DNA from: Octopus vulgaris
Lineage: Eukaryota
Length of the DNA stretch: 64,000 bases
Direction: 5' to 3'
NCBI GenBank assembly: GCA_951406725.2
Contig: OX597818.1
Coordinates: 5,580,001-5,644,000 of the forward strand
In this document: positions 1 through 14,343 of the stretch, piece by piece
Position numbering within the stretch: position 1 is the stretch's first letter
Layout: each line of letters begins with the position of its first letter
Translations under genes and position numbers: made by a program
The notes under the pieces: generated by a model
What the model was told of the DNA's origin: nothing
What the model saw: the letters and a program-made list of their open reading frames with translations, nothing else
Database searches by the model: none

Positions 1-171
1 CATATAACATACAGAAAATTGCACTACTAGGCACTGCACACATCCTACGCAGAACACTTTCCATACAATAACCATCAGAGCATCACAACAAATCACAGCA
101 CATACCCAAGGCACACAGAGCTGCGCTCGGTAGTGAAGTGAAAGCACGCTATAAAAATAAAAATAAAACTA

Positions 172-181
<10 letters not shown>
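1..181 (+). mobile_element. 3' end of R4/Dong-like non-LTR retrotransposon ending in (TAA)n
   Basis: Frame 1 reads HNIQKIALLGTAHILRRTLSIQ*, a typical C-terminus of R4/Dong RLE-LINE proteins, followed by a short 3' UTR and a TAA repeat. Confidence 0.75.
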
Positions 182-202
<21 letters not shown>

Positions 203-205
<3 letters not shown>

Positions 206-757
206 GCCCTGATGCAGTACCAGGCAGTGGCTCTCATGGCTTCTGATCTTAACTGATTGGAAGTGTTATCATGTACATTGTTTTGTCTTGGTATAAAAGA
301 TGGGCTACAGCAAATATTCTGCTCAATACCACAGATTTGCTTGTCAGTTGTTTGACCTTAACCAGTTGAGCATGTCCCTTAGTGGCTGACGATATGTGCA
401 TCTCTGATCACGAGCAGAAGTAGTGGGGGAGCATCATAGCCATGTGTTGAGAAGGATTCTTTGGGGTTTGAATAATTCACCTCTGGAAACATGGGTGTTT
501 CGTTCAACATCCTTAAACAACCCTTATTCAGGGACCTTTTGAGCGGGATGGGTTACTCGATCTGAAGAAAATACTAACTGGGCTCAACCTGCAAGGTCAT
601 GTGCTGTTTATCTTGATATGAGATCACCATGTCGCGCACATATGGTTGTGATGCATGTGCCTGGTGTACCCTTATCAGACGGGTAGTCATGATGGGTATA
701 CTGGGCTTTTATATTTTACCCCAGTGTCACTTTGATGGCATGCTCTGCTCGCTCACT

Positions 758-760
<3 letters not shown>
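203..760. mobile_element. ~560 bp non-coding interspersed repeat embedded in (AAT)n tracts
   Basis: Partial copies at 1085-1381 (near-identical) and 15375-15735 (diverged). All abut AAT/GAT microsatellites. Confidence 0.7.
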
Positions 761-1083
<323 letters not shown>

Positions 1084-1084
1084 G

Positions 1085-1632
<548 letters not shown>

Positions 1633-1969
1633 ACCAATTTTATGCATTCACTCATATTTCATATTTGCCTTTTCACCAATAAACATAAATTCTAGTGTTG
1701 TCAAAAACATCTTATTAGGCTATACGCTGGGTCTTGGGTATGAAACTTAACTTCATCCAGCTCATGACTCCAGTTGGTGAAGTTTGGGTTATCGGGAAGA
1801 ATGGAGTTACTCCATAGTCGCCAATTTTCCCTCATCAGCTCAGACCCGAGGTGCTAGTACGTATTAGGGTCCCATCTATGGATTAAATCGTCTTAGTAGC
1901 AAGGATATTGAACAGACTCGACGTGTCAAGAGCTTGGGTCATGGACATGTCTTGTAGCATGCAGTAGAT

Positions 1970-4900
1970 ACCCTAGTCTAGGTAACTGCCACTACAGCAC
2001 CGAGGGATGTTTTTGAGCAAAAGGAGAGAAAGCTTGAGGAAAGAAACTCTGATGCAAAACCTAGGACCCGAGGTCTTTGCTGTCACCGTCCCAGCTTCCT
2101 GGGTCAAGGCAGATGAATTCCGTATGTACACTCTGAATGACCAAGCAGCCTTCTCTAGGGACATCAATGCTTCCTCTAATGCAGATAAGCCATGAAAAGG
2201 TGGCCTAAGCAATGCTCCTCTGCCACACCCCCAGTTGGAAAATTGCAGTGAGCAGGCATTTTTCATGCGGTCGAATGCCATCAAGGATGAAAACATACAC
2301 AGCCACCTGCAAGAGTGTGAAAAGACTGAAAATCGCATGCTGAAACATCAGAATATTGCACTGTTCTAATTGCATACCAAATGTCAGGACTGCATGTTGA
2401 CATCGCTCTCACTGAAGTTCATTATTCAGAAGAAGACAGCCTAGAAGAGCATGGCGCTGTTATACCCTCTACTAGTCAGGCAAACCAGCAACAGATAGAC
2501 GGCTTTTGCGCGTGAGCTTCATTATCAGAAAATTTGTCGCTTCCAAATTTGAAAATTTGCCAACTGATCATGCTGAGCGCATCATCTCTGTGTGCCTTCT
2601 ACCGAGTAATGTAGAGCAACATGCTCTTCAGCGAGTACTCCACAACTATTCAAGCAGATCCTACTGAGGTGCTTTGTTGGATACTAATCTGCTCAGCCTC
2701 TTTCAAGGCACCCCTGCAGATGTCAAAGTCATAATCTGAAGTGAATTCAGCGCTAGGATATTCCAAAATTCTGTCGTCTACAAAGAAGTGCTTGGGCGAC
2801 ATGGCGTAGGTTACAACAAGTACAGCGGACGTCTTCTGATTTTGAAATACTGCACAGAATATCCACTCGTCATCCCAAACACCATTTTCGGGCAGGAAAA
2901 CAGGTTGAACACAACCTTGACACATCCTCAGTCCAAATATTGGCGTCTCAATAAGGTGCGCCAGCGTGAAATGAAAGATATTTTGCATAGTAGAGTGCAG
3001 GATGTTACACCAAACATTGACTTGTTGCTTTCAATCTCAAGCTCTGCTTTACAACCATAGCCAAAGAAAGGAGGAGCACTCAGCAAAAACTTAAAGATTG
3101 ACACTTTCCAGTCAGCTGAAGTGAACATAAACATTCAGGCAGGTCTTTACTCGAATCCAGAAGACGCAAGCGTCTCCAGAGTTTCCGCACTTTGGGAACA
3201 ACTCAAAAGTGCCATTCTCTAGACATCTGGGTAAGTACTTGGATTCACCAAAGAAGAACAAGGATTGGTTCGAGGACAACAATAAGGAAATTCAACTACA
3301 GCTGGTGAAGAAAAGATTCACACATCAGACACATTTAGCTCAGTCATGTTGTCTCGAGAGGAAAGCTGCATTCCATCTCGTATGTAGTAACCTCCACCGC
3401 AAGCTCAGAGAGATCCAGAACAACTGGTGGACTAAACTGAGAGAACACAGCTGTGCGTAGACACCGAAGACGCCCAACCGCTTCTACGAAGCCTTAAATG
3501 TAGTGTATATCACTACGTATCGGTTCAGTGTCCTTTACATAGTACAGACAGCCAGGCGCTCCTCACAGACAGAGTGTCCATCATTAGTCATTTATCAGAA
3601 CATATCAAGGCCGTCTTCAGTGCTAACCTCAATGTCTATGAATCAGGAATTCCTTACATTCCACTACATCTATTAAAATGCAACTGCATGAGTTGCCCAC
3701 CATCGAAAATATCACCAAACGCATAGAGCAGCTGAAGAGTGGAAAATCAGTAGAAGTAACAGGAATCACACCAAAATTTGGAATGATGGCCGTCCAGGGT
3801 TACATGCAAATCTCCATGAATTCGTCTGTTGCTGGATGCAGAGCAAACTACCACAAAATCTCCACGTTGCAGTTATCATCATCCTGCACAAGAAGAAAGG
3901 GGGAGAAATCCGACCACTCTAATTAGCGAGGGATAACTCTGTCGCAGGAAAAATCCTGGCAAGGATTCTGCTGAATTGACTGGTTAGTAACTACCATCGC
4001 CGAATAACAACTTCCAGAGAGCTGGTGTAACTTTATTGTTTACACGAGCTCGGTACACAAATTCTCAGGAAGCACCAAGAGAATTCCAGCAGCAAAACAA
4101 AGGGCTAACAAGTGTGGAACAACTCGACTATCATCAAAAGTCTCTGAAACTGGTATTCCAGGAGCACGAAGACCAGTGTGGTGAAGATAAACTCAACACT
4201 AACCTCTCAGAGTGTTTTCCGATCACTAACGGAGGGAAGCAGGATTACGTCATACCATTTACTCTCTGCACATTCTTTTTCAGCGTGATGCTGAAGCAGG
4301 CCTCAGATCTTGCTGATGAGGGCGGAATCTACATCAAATACTCTCTTGATGGCAGCCTGTTTAACCACCGACTACTACAGCCCCCACCCCGCAGGAAGGC
4401 CCTGGAATAACTGATCCGATGCCTCCGGTTTGCTGACAATGCTGCACTTGTTGCCAACACATACAAATCTTCCGTAGAGGCTGTTTGGGCTACAATTTAC
4501 CTTAAGGAAGTCGGGGGTACTTCAACAGTCTGCAGCTCGGGAGCCCTTCAGATATCAATATCGGCGAGGCTGAATTGAAAACGGTCTATCGATTCAACTA
4601 CCTGGGGTGCACCATCGCGTCAGATACCAAGGTTGATAAGGAAATCGACAATAAAATAGCAAATGTTTTTAGGGCATTTGGCAGAGTGTATAAATGTGTG
4701 TGGAATGACAGACACGTGAAAAAAATGGCACCAAGATCAGCGCGTACAGAACCATAGATATTAACCCTCCTATTTGGCTCAGAGTCGTTGGTCACCTATC
4801 ATCATCATCTACTACACCCCGAGCGCTTCTCTGGCGTTCCTTTCGTACCATTTTCAACATCGACTGGAGGGATTTCATCACGCATGTTAAAGTTCTTAAA

Positions 4901-5338
4901 CAGGTAGAGGCATGGAAGACATGCATGGAAGCCATACTTCTGAAACCCCAGCTGGACTTCTTCAGGATGACGAACTCTTTACTCACTATCGCAGCACAGA
5001 GGGGCGCAAACTAAAGAAACATTTGTTGGTCCAGGTCACATTGACCATCACCAGAGGTCAACCCTAGCCCAAGACACTGACGTTTGTCATCTCACCGTCA
5101 ACCATGCTGTCTCCTCCTTCGAAAACACCCGCAGGTTCAATCTCAAGGATAAAAACACACAGGAAGCCGAACTAGAACATGTTATCAAATCCTGACCAAA
5201 CCTTCACCTACCACCACTGTGTTTGTGGCTACTTCTTCTGCACTGGCTTGTGAACCACGAACGTGTCTGCAGCCAAAAGAGTGCTTGCAGTCAACGTGCT
5301 CAAGCCACTTCTTAATCTTTATTCGCGAAGCCAAGCCA
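1970..5338 (+). mobile_element. decayed near-full-length RTE-clade LINE (APE endonuclease + RT)
   Basis: Frameshifted fragments: GRLLILKYCTEYPLVIPNTIF..TLTHPQSKYW (APE), DWFEDNNKEI, FPITNGGKQDYVIPFTL (RT), RFNYLGCTIASDTKVDKEIDNKIANVFRAFGRVYKCVW. The 5' boundary is approximate. Confidence 0.85.
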
Positions 5339-5837
5339 CCCAGACGTTATCTATTTCAGCCAAGGCCGCTTACCATCTTTTTCAACTTTCCGATCCGCTT
5401 AGAATTCCAGTTATACACATGTTTCTATTTGGCTTTGGATATTTTACATTATTTCAGATACTCATAAATTAGCTTTAATAATTCAATAGGTTTTTATGGA
5501 TTGATAACTTATATTCTACTCTGACCCACTTAGTATTTTGTTAGTTCCCGATTGTGAGATTCACTATTAATTGATTAAAATGCATTCTTGCTTTGAGATT
5601 TCTGAAGCTTTATACACATTACAAGTCCTCTTATGCTGAAGGAAGATTACCACTAATATAAAACAATACATATCATTAGCATGCAAACTTATATCTCAAA
5701 TTAAAACATTCTCTACCAAAGTAGCATTTAAAAGTCCCCGTCAATTTGTCATATCAGCGTAAGTAAATATGTGTGTGTGTGCGTGCATATGCAACAGTTG
5801 AAAGATACAGGCATATATATTTATATATAGGCATCAT

Positions 5838-6400
5838 TGGGTGGTTAAGAATGTCACTTGGCAATCATGTAGCTTCGAGTTCAGTTCTACTCTGGGTCAA
5901 GTTTCTTCTACTTTAGCCTCCGGTAAATTAATATCTTGCAAGTGAACTTGGTAAGCAGAAATGGTATGGGAAACTGCTGTCTGTCTGTCTTTCTCTCTCT
6001 CTCTCACTGTACCTTTTAGTTGTTTCACTTATTAGACTGTGCCCATGCTGAGGCAAGGCCTTGAAGAATTTCTGTAGGATGAATCGACCTCAGTACTTTT
6101 TAAAAGCCTGGCAATTACTCTTTCGAAATCTCTTGGTGAACTGCTATGTTATGGGGACGTAAACACACCAATACCGGTTCTCAATCGGTGGAGGCGGGAA
6201 ACACAAATACAACAACACACATATGCGCGTGCGTACACACACACGCACACACATATATGTACGAAGGGCTTTCAGCATCTGTCTACCAAATCTACTCACA
6301 AGGATTTGGTCGGCCCTATGCTATTCGTAGAAGACACTTGACAAGCGGGGCTAAACTCGGAGCGACGTGGTTGAGAAGCAGGTTTCTTACCACACCGCTA
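5838..6400. mobile_element. two diverged tRNA-derived SINE copies, tail to tail (5838-5980 +, 6010-6400 -)
   Basis: Similar to the better-preserved SINE at 22741-23160. Confidence 0.65.
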
Positions 6401-6472
6401 CTATATATATATATGTATTAAGTATAGGAAAGAATGGAGCTGAACGAAGATTTAACAAAATTCCTTTATTTT

Positions 6473-6558
6473 ATTTTCGACATATGTTTCGAAGTCTGCA
6501 AAATCCCTAATTCCGAATGAATAAGGAGTCCATTATGCAGCTTTCTCTTCAGGAAAAT
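6473..6558 (-). ncRNA. type I hammerhead ribozyme, intact core
   Basis: Minus strand: attttc-CTGAAGA-gaaagctgca...tgcagacttc-GAAA-catat-GTC-gaaaat. It has a 6-bp stem I, a long stem II and a palindromic stem III (ACATATGT), and lies sense to and downstream of the PLE ORF. Confidence 0.85.
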
Positions 6559-7120
6559 CCAGGAACTTATTTCGCCAACAAAATGCACAACAAGTTTTCC
6601 GATGACTGCTCACGAGGAGCCCATAGAGATAATGATAAGTAATGTCTATTTATAGGGGGTGACGTCCGATTGGTTGAAAGTAGGAGAAAATGTCAGTTAA
6701 AATAGTTCAAGGGTTCAATCAAGGTTGGTGAAGGAAGGTAAAGGAATATTAAAGTGAGGGAATGTATTCTGTATGACTGGTGTTTATATTTGATTTATTT
6801 TATGAATGAGTGCTCGTATGTATGAGTGTGTAAACTTGCCTTAATGTGTGTGTGTGTGTCTGTGAATGCGTGAATGTGTGTGTAGAAGGCAGAGAGAAGA
6901 AATTAACGGTCAGGAGGTGAAAAAACTGTGTCTGTGTGTTCGAATGTGCCAACTTAAGAGGGAGAGGGCAGAAACAGCCCACAATGGTAATGACAAGAGA
7001 CAAGGTTACTGCTGGAATTGGTAGTAGTTCTTAGCAAATATGAGAAAGTCTTATAAACTAAAGGGATGAGATATCACAAATTAATTTTGTAGGAAATCCA
7101 GGGGTTATCTATATTAGACT

Positions 7121-8812
7121 TCATTGGTATGAGTGAAAGGTATGCTTTTTCCAGTGTAAGCATCTGAAAGATCTCTCGACAATCGCGTTTATTACTTGGC
7201 CTCGGGCAAACAGAATATGAAAGAGTTCGGAATTACAGAGGGCACAGATTTTTCTGCCCTTATCAAACGGTAAGGACACCGATAGTATTGACCATTCCAG
7301 CTTAAAAGTTGAATTTGCGTTCTTCAAACACCAGACTAATTTGCTTAGCCCCGTGGTGTGCTGTTTACTCTTATCACGGAACGTGGAAAATGATTTGAGA
7401 TCCTTGTGGCTAATTTAGAGGAGGTTGCGCCAATATAGAGGTAGACATCGGATCTAGTGGAAATTTTGCACTGGTAAGTGGTGTTTCTAATTTTGGAGTT
7501 ATTTGATAAGAACCTTAATCTATTGGGATTAGTTTCCGATACTAATAGAGCGTTCTTATTTCTATCATGGGTGTAAAAATTACTGCTGGATTCGATACTA
7601 TTCATCCTATTTTCATTACTATTTAAGGCAGTATCACCTGCACATTCCCTGTTTCTGGGAATGCTGTGATTGATATTGTCCGTAAAACTACTGTTGTTAA
7701 GAACGCTGCTGCTATTATTATTGAGACCCCCTCCGTTAATGACCAGGCCAGTGCTCTTATCCTTATTACTATTACTAACACCAATGCTGGTATGAAGGCT
7801 GCTAATATCTGTGCTATTTCTATTATTATTATTATTACCATATGTTACGTTGGAATTTGACAGGGCGGTGTCTCTGCTCATGGGTGACGAGACCTTATTT
7901 AGCAGCTTATTGTTATGGGAGGCAATTATCTGTGAGAGATTTTTAGTATTTGAGAAAGCAATCCTTACTTTGTGCGAATTTATAGTGGAGTAATATCTCG
8001 AATTTCTGGGAAAATTCCTGGCAATGGCTTGGGGAAACTGTAAAGGGAGGTTAGATCCGATTTGTTTTCCAAAGGAAATCACAAACCAGATATAGTTTTT
8101 TCTGTTCTTGTACTGGCTCGGAGTGCTAACTCTTATATTAAGAGGGGCATCTCTGTGTTGAAGAATGGGTTTTGGCCTACGATGGTCTCCCTTGGACCGC
8201 AACTTATTTATGTTAACTATATTTGTGTCGACATTTCTAGAGCTACCATCACTACTTATATTATTTATATTATTGTAAGTTGACTTATCCTGATGAGCAA
8301 ATACTGATTTCGAAAGTGGCGGGTCTATATATGCTACCTTTTCCCTATAACCGGCTTTTGACTGGGCGGCATTATAGAATTCCGCTTTATGCTTAAAAAT
8401 GTCGACGTTGGCAGATAAATTTGATAATCTTAAAGAAATATTTTTAACTAAATTATCTGTGATAGTTTTTGCGTGGTTACTGAAAACACTGACATATTTT
8501 AGGTTTGTGGAAGGTTTATGGTAGGGGCAGTAAGAATTGCTATGCAGATTTAGGGTAACATCTTAGAAATTGGCCGTAGTTAGTTCGTCGTCGAAAACTA
8601 TGTTCATGCCCATCCTACTAAAGAACCTAGCTAATCTATTTTTAGTTTTCTGTATCATTCTGTTCGGGGCATTCTGTAGGTAAAACAGACAATCGTCACG
8701 ATATAGACCGCCGCAGATGTCTGGGAATTGGTCGGCTAATTCATAGAGAATATAGATTCCGACCAAATCGGCTATCTGGGCGCTATCTGAGCTTCCCATT
8801 GGCACATCGAAC
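7121..8812 (-). mobile_element. 5'-truncated Penelope-like element (RT C-half + GIY-YIG endonuclease)
   Basis: PMGSSDSAQIADLVGIYIL and GGLYRDDCL (RT); TYQCKI..LYIGATS..RISNH (GIY-YIG); C-terminal CALC..RCLH. Frameshifts and stops are present. Confidence 0.85.
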
Positions 8813-8973
8813 TCGTTGGGAGTATCCTTACGGACCTATAACTTATCTTCAAACTGTATAAAGGATTTTCTACATATGTATATATGTATGTATGTATATA
8901 TTATGTATGTAAGTATGTATGTATATATGTATGTATGTAAGTATGTATGTATGTATGTATGTATGTATGTATG

Positions 8974-9007
<34 letters not shown>

Positions 9008-9275
9008 TATATGTATGTATGTATTACACACCCGTCTTCGTCTTTTGTTTTTGTAAATTCTCACTATATAATACATACATACATATACATACATATGAAT
9101 TATTTATACTCCATCGATATATGAAATAACTATTATCTCATTAGATAACTGGTTTATATGTGCTTGTATCAGCACGCACATACACACGTGTGTGTCCGAG
9201 TGTGTGGGTGTGTGAGTGATTATGTGTGTTTAGAACTGTTTTCTCTCTATATATGTATGTATGTATATATATATG

Positions 9276-9365
<90 letters not shown>

Positions 9366-9367
9366 CA

Positions 9368-9900
9368 CAGGGTGATTGAAAAGTAACTCGTTATTTTAAA
9401 ATACTTATGAATTATTTATTAATTGTAATATTGTAATTTCTCCAAAGATAGATAGAAGAATGCTTTAAGCATTAGGTTTTATTTATAATTCGATATGCGC
9501 TCAGGAATTTTCCACCAGCTTGTTGTGTTGCCCAAGAACTGAGTCAACTGATTCCACCAGGAAATCTTGTGGGATGAAAGACATAACCTCTCGTATTCGC
9601 CCTACAAGTTCTTCCAAAGTCTTTGCTTTGGCACAACAGACTTCTTGCTTTAATCAACTCTAAAGTAATAAGTTACAAGATGTTAAGTTAGGACTCCGGG
9701 CTGGCCACACATGCACACCACGACTCATCCATTTCCCGGGGGAGTGCGCATTCAGCAATTCACGAACGGCAAGGGAAATTTGATTATAGATTACATTCTC
9801 ATACTCCAATAAAAATACATAAAAAATGAGAGAAAAAAATTACAAATAATAAATAATTTATAAGTGTGTCAAAATAGGGAGTTACTTTTGAATCACTCCG
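9368..9900 (-). mobile_element. internally deleted Tc1/mariner-superfamily DNA transposon
   Basis: TIRs cagggtgattgaaaagtaactcgttatttt / aaaatagggagttacttttgaatcactccg. Minus strand reads GKWMSRGVHVWPARSPNLTSCNL, a WPPRSPDL-like motif. Confidence 0.8.
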
Positions 9901-10677
9901 TATGAATGTGTGTATGTATGTATGTATGTATGTATGTATGTATGTATGTATGTATGTATGTATGTATGTATATATGTATGTATGTATGTAAGTATGTATT
10001 TATGTATGTATGTATGTATGTATGTATGTATATATGTATGTATGTAAGTATGTATCTATGTATGTATGTATGTATATATGTATATATGTATTACACACCC
10101 GTCTTCATCTTTTGTTTTTATAAATTCTCACTATACAATACATACATACATATACATACATATGAATTCTTTATACTCCATCGATATATGAAATAACTAT
10201 TATCTCATTAGATAACTGGTTTATATCAGCACGCTTGTATCAGCACGCACATACACACGTGTGTGTCCGAGTGTGTGTGTGTGAGTGATTGTGTGTGTAT
10301 AGAACTGTTTTCTCAACTAATTACACTAAACATGCTTTATAAATATTCTTGAATACTTATGTCCATATAATTTTGTAAAACAAATCTGCATTGCTTCCTC
10401 GTAAAACCCATTCACATTGCGATTGTAGTAAATTTAATTGGCATATTTTAAGCAGGTTAACAGCCACATTGAATCAAGTCAATAACTTATATTGTCTATA
10501 CACTTAGCAATAACTTTCGCTCACTTACCTTTTAAAGTGTATTGAATTCATCACTATATAACACTCATTATATTTAAGGTACTGGAAGAAGAACTTTACA
10601 CAGAGGATTGCCCACGTATTTGAACCTCAAAATATAAATGAACTCAGTACATTTTGACGTTTAATGCTGCATTGTAA

Positions 10678-10728
10678 TATCTGGTGATTATTCAGAATTA
10701 CTAAACCGAAATATTGCAATAGTCAGGG
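10678..10728 (+). ncRNA. degenerate hammerhead-like motif
   Basis: CTGGTGA-ttattcagaattactaaacc-GAAA-tattgcaata-GTC. Stem III is palindromic, the core has one substitution and stem II is weak. Confidence 0.4.
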
Positions 10729-10769
10729 CACCAACGATATCTTAAGTATGTATGTATGTATGTATTTAT

Positions 10770-12360
10770 GCCACTTCTATTTTTTAATTATTATAAATCT
10801 TCCACTGAGGAGGGAGCCGGTTTCCAACAAAGATACAAGGCTCCATCTTTGGGATGTAGTTAACACAGAATCCCACTTGGAACTTGAGAAAAGTTATGCA
10901 TGTTTTTACTGTCCCACTCACAGGTTGCACTTGTAATATGTGAATTAGCCGATCGACTTCGCTTTCTGAAAATGCCAGTTTATCCAGATTCTCTTTAAGC
11001 ATATACTAACAAAACCTAGTGCTACAAATATTATTTGTATGACTATGAATTCGTAGTCTGGACATAGAAGCTAGAGGATTCGAAGATATCTTTTCCCTTG
11101 ATTTTCAAAGAGATATCTATATCTGCAGGGCAGCTGGCCTCTATGATGGTACATTCCTTTGCCCCTCTGTCTCAAGCAACAATATCCGGCCTGTTATATT
11201 TACATTTGACAGACGTTTTGATGGGAATATTCCACTAGTATTCCATAAGTTGGTGTTTGTGAATGTATTCCATAACAGAGAAATTTTCTAAGTTTATTTC
11301 AGGACAGCCTTTTCTGCGGATGGCATTGTAAATTATTTTAACAAGAACATCATGCCGCATAGGGAGGTAGTACCGCGCGATAACATTTTAAGAGAGCTGC
11401 TAATCACATGCGTGATGTCTTCCACAGAAGATTACACGATGGATTACAAGAGCGTCATTGTCTCTCCTGTTCACCAGGTACTTTGTGGCAATCCCCTGTT
11501 CCTGCATTGAAAACGCGTAGCTCTCAAAGTGTGATGTGATATAGTGATGTTTGATCCAAGAAAAACTGCACTTCGTGCCAATTATGCTGTCTTCTTTGAG
11601 CTTCCGGGCAACATACCCATGCATAATATTTTTTGTATGGTGAGTGCTTTCCGTCCAGGTCTTCTCTGAAGTAAGACAGCTCAGATGTTTTCGGCCTGTA
11701 TAGATCATCAGGAAGAGAGTGCTTCATTAGGTGCTCCCTGCGAAATTGTACAATATATATATATTTATCTTTGCTGCTATTGTTTTGCTTGTGCTTCCTG
11801 AACGATACCATACGGCATTCGAAGGCTGTCTGCATTGATTTCAGGTCTCTACCACCTTCATTTCTTCTCAGGTAGAGCCTGTCAACATCACTGTTTCTGT
11901 GGAAGTTCCCAGTTGTGAAGATTTTGCGGGTTTTGATAACTATGGAATGGATCTTCTCTACAGACCAATCCAGTATCCTAAATGTTGGGATCAGCACTAG
12001 TACTGCAAATGCATTGTGGGATATTGTTTTGTTGTTAGAGGAGAGTTCCGACTGCCTTATTTTCCTAAGTCTGGTGTAATATTCTCGGGTCACTCTATCT
12101 TTATTCACAGTGCCTTCATATGATGCATTTTCGTTTATGGCTAGGTACTTAAAACATTCTTTGTGTGGAAAGGGGAAGATTGAGAGACCGTTGGTGCACA
12201 GTTTGGGAAACTGACATTCCTCGTTCTATAACAAAATATGAATATTTATTTTGGCCAAATTCCATGCCTATATCAGCTGAAAACGTTGTTATTAATCCCA
12301 GTTGTTTTTTGGCATTGTTAACGTTTTTAGCATAAATCTTCAGGCCGTCTATAAACAAAT
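10770..12360 (-). mobile_element. decayed R4/Dong-like RLE LINE (RT 3' part, Zn knuckle, RLE)
   Basis: Fragments DGLKIYAKN..FSADIGMEFGQNK, FHRNSDVDRLYLRRNEGGR, QEQGIATKYL, MRHDVLV and YNRPDIV..CTIIEASCP (PD-(D/E)xK). Confidence 0.85.
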
Positions 12361-12394
<34 letters not shown>

Positions 12395-13833
12395 TGTATG
12401 TATGTATGTATGTATGTATGTATGTATGTATATACGTACGTATGTATGTTCGTATGTATGCATGTATGTATGTATACATGCAGATTTATATGTTTTATTT
12501 TATGTATGTCTTCTCATGCATATACTTGCATATATAGGCATGCTCATATATATCTAAATGATAAACTTCTGAAAGTTTTACATATTATTTTACAGTTCAG
12601 TGATGGCTTGGATCTGTAGTACTGGAATTAACTTTCTCCTTGGTGGTTTTGAGAAACCTAATTTCTCAATATTAGTATTTAGACTGTAAGTTATATATCC
12701 CTGTGCCCCAATAGCTACACGTGGTACCCTGAGCTTGTAATCTTGATAGACTAACTACAGATGTATGTATGTATTTATACAGGTTTGCATAAATAATCAC
12801 GCATTCTGTCGTCAGGTTTTCAATTAAATTCATTTTCTCATCTAACTGTTATATTTTCATTTACAAATTTGTTGACTAAAGTCTTATAGAAGATTACACT
12901 TGGCACTTCTCTGTCGATGCGTTTCATGCTTGAATATTTAAAAGAGATTATCATTCATGATGAAACTGTTTTCCATATAGGAAAACGTAGATACAGTATA
13001 TATAAATTAAAATGCAGAATAATTGAATATCCCATGTAAAATAACAATATTTTCTTGGGAGTCGTTCTTTCCACAATGTTATTTTGATATAATTTTTGAA
13101 TACTTCAAATCGGCTTCGTTATCTGTCACCTATAATCATTTATTACTAATTTTATTTTGCTTGTCTGTTTACCATTTATGCAGCGTATTCCAATTTAGCT
13201 GTGATTATTAAATTATACTTTTTATATACTCATATATTATTATATACAAACCTGTTTTACTTCCATCCCATTACTTATGCCGTTTCCCGCTGTGTATATC
13301 TTCTTTGTTCGCTTTCGTATAAGAACAGTTCGCATGATATGTAAATTTATACAACCTCTAATGCAGGTGTGTTAAAAGAAAACATAATATAGTACATTAT
13401 TTTGCCAAAATGCACGTGATCATCTGTTGAAGTATGTTGATTATAAAAGAATATGTTTTCATGCTGATACAAGTATTCGCGATTTATGCGTTACGTATTT
13501 AGAAATGGAAACACAAAAAAGTTAGATGTATATATACGTGTATTCTATGTTTACATATCTGCATGTGTGTGTGTGCGCGCGTTTATGTGTGCGATATAGG
13601 GGACAGAAGAAAAGACTGTAACGTGTTTCCTTGCACATAGAGTTCTATGTATCTTTATATCTGCACATACACGCACGCACTCTCACACACATACTTGTGT
13701 GAATAAGTATTATATATTTATATATATACATATATATTTGTACACATGTATGTATGTGTGCATGTAGATTATATACACAGACATATACGTAAACGCGTGT
13801 GCATATGTATATGCGTGTATTTATATATACATC

Positions 13834-13869
<36 letters not shown>

Positions 13870-13907
13870 TATATATACATACATGTATGAGTGTGTATAT
13901 ATGTATT

Positions 13908-14005
<98 letters not shown>

Positions 14006-14254
14006 TTAGATAAAACTTAGATATGTTTCGACCAGAGATTGGTCCAGGCCATGTCTAACTTAATAGCACCACCTATATAGTACGTTTAAATATTTGTTGT
14101 GCAAGATTTTTTATGTATATATGAATTCAGTAAAATTTAGATTCAGTGAATATAGTACTTAAGTTAAAGGCACCAGAATTTAGTATGGTATTATCCACAT
14201 AATTCAAAATGGGGTGATTATAATGAAAAGAAGCAACAAGGATATCCAGAGGTA

Positions 14255-14343
14255 ATGCAGTACGATCGTTTCATGCAACTCCATTTAATTGAACAATGCA
14301 AATATTGCATCAATTTAAAATGTAGAGCAATCTTCAGCAGCAT
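14255..14343 (-). ncRNA. type I hammerhead ribozyme with long stem II
   Basis: Minus strand: atgctg-CTGAAGA-ttgctct...ggagttgcat-GAAA-cgatc-GTA-ctgcat. Palindromic stem III ACGATCGT; stem I pairs at 5 of 6 positions. Confidence 0.7.

Noticed and set aside
1823-1845. CTGATGAggGAAA on the minus strand
   Set aside because: There is no room for stem II and no stem III or NUH.
8288-8326. CTGATGA...GAAA...GTC on the + strand
   Set aside because: Stems I and III do not pair and the motif is antisense to PLE RT coding sequence, so it is probably chance.
14015-14060. gacca-atctc-tggtc-GAAA-catat hairpin on the minus strand
   Set aside because: There is no CTGANGA core upstream; at best it is a hammerhead relic.
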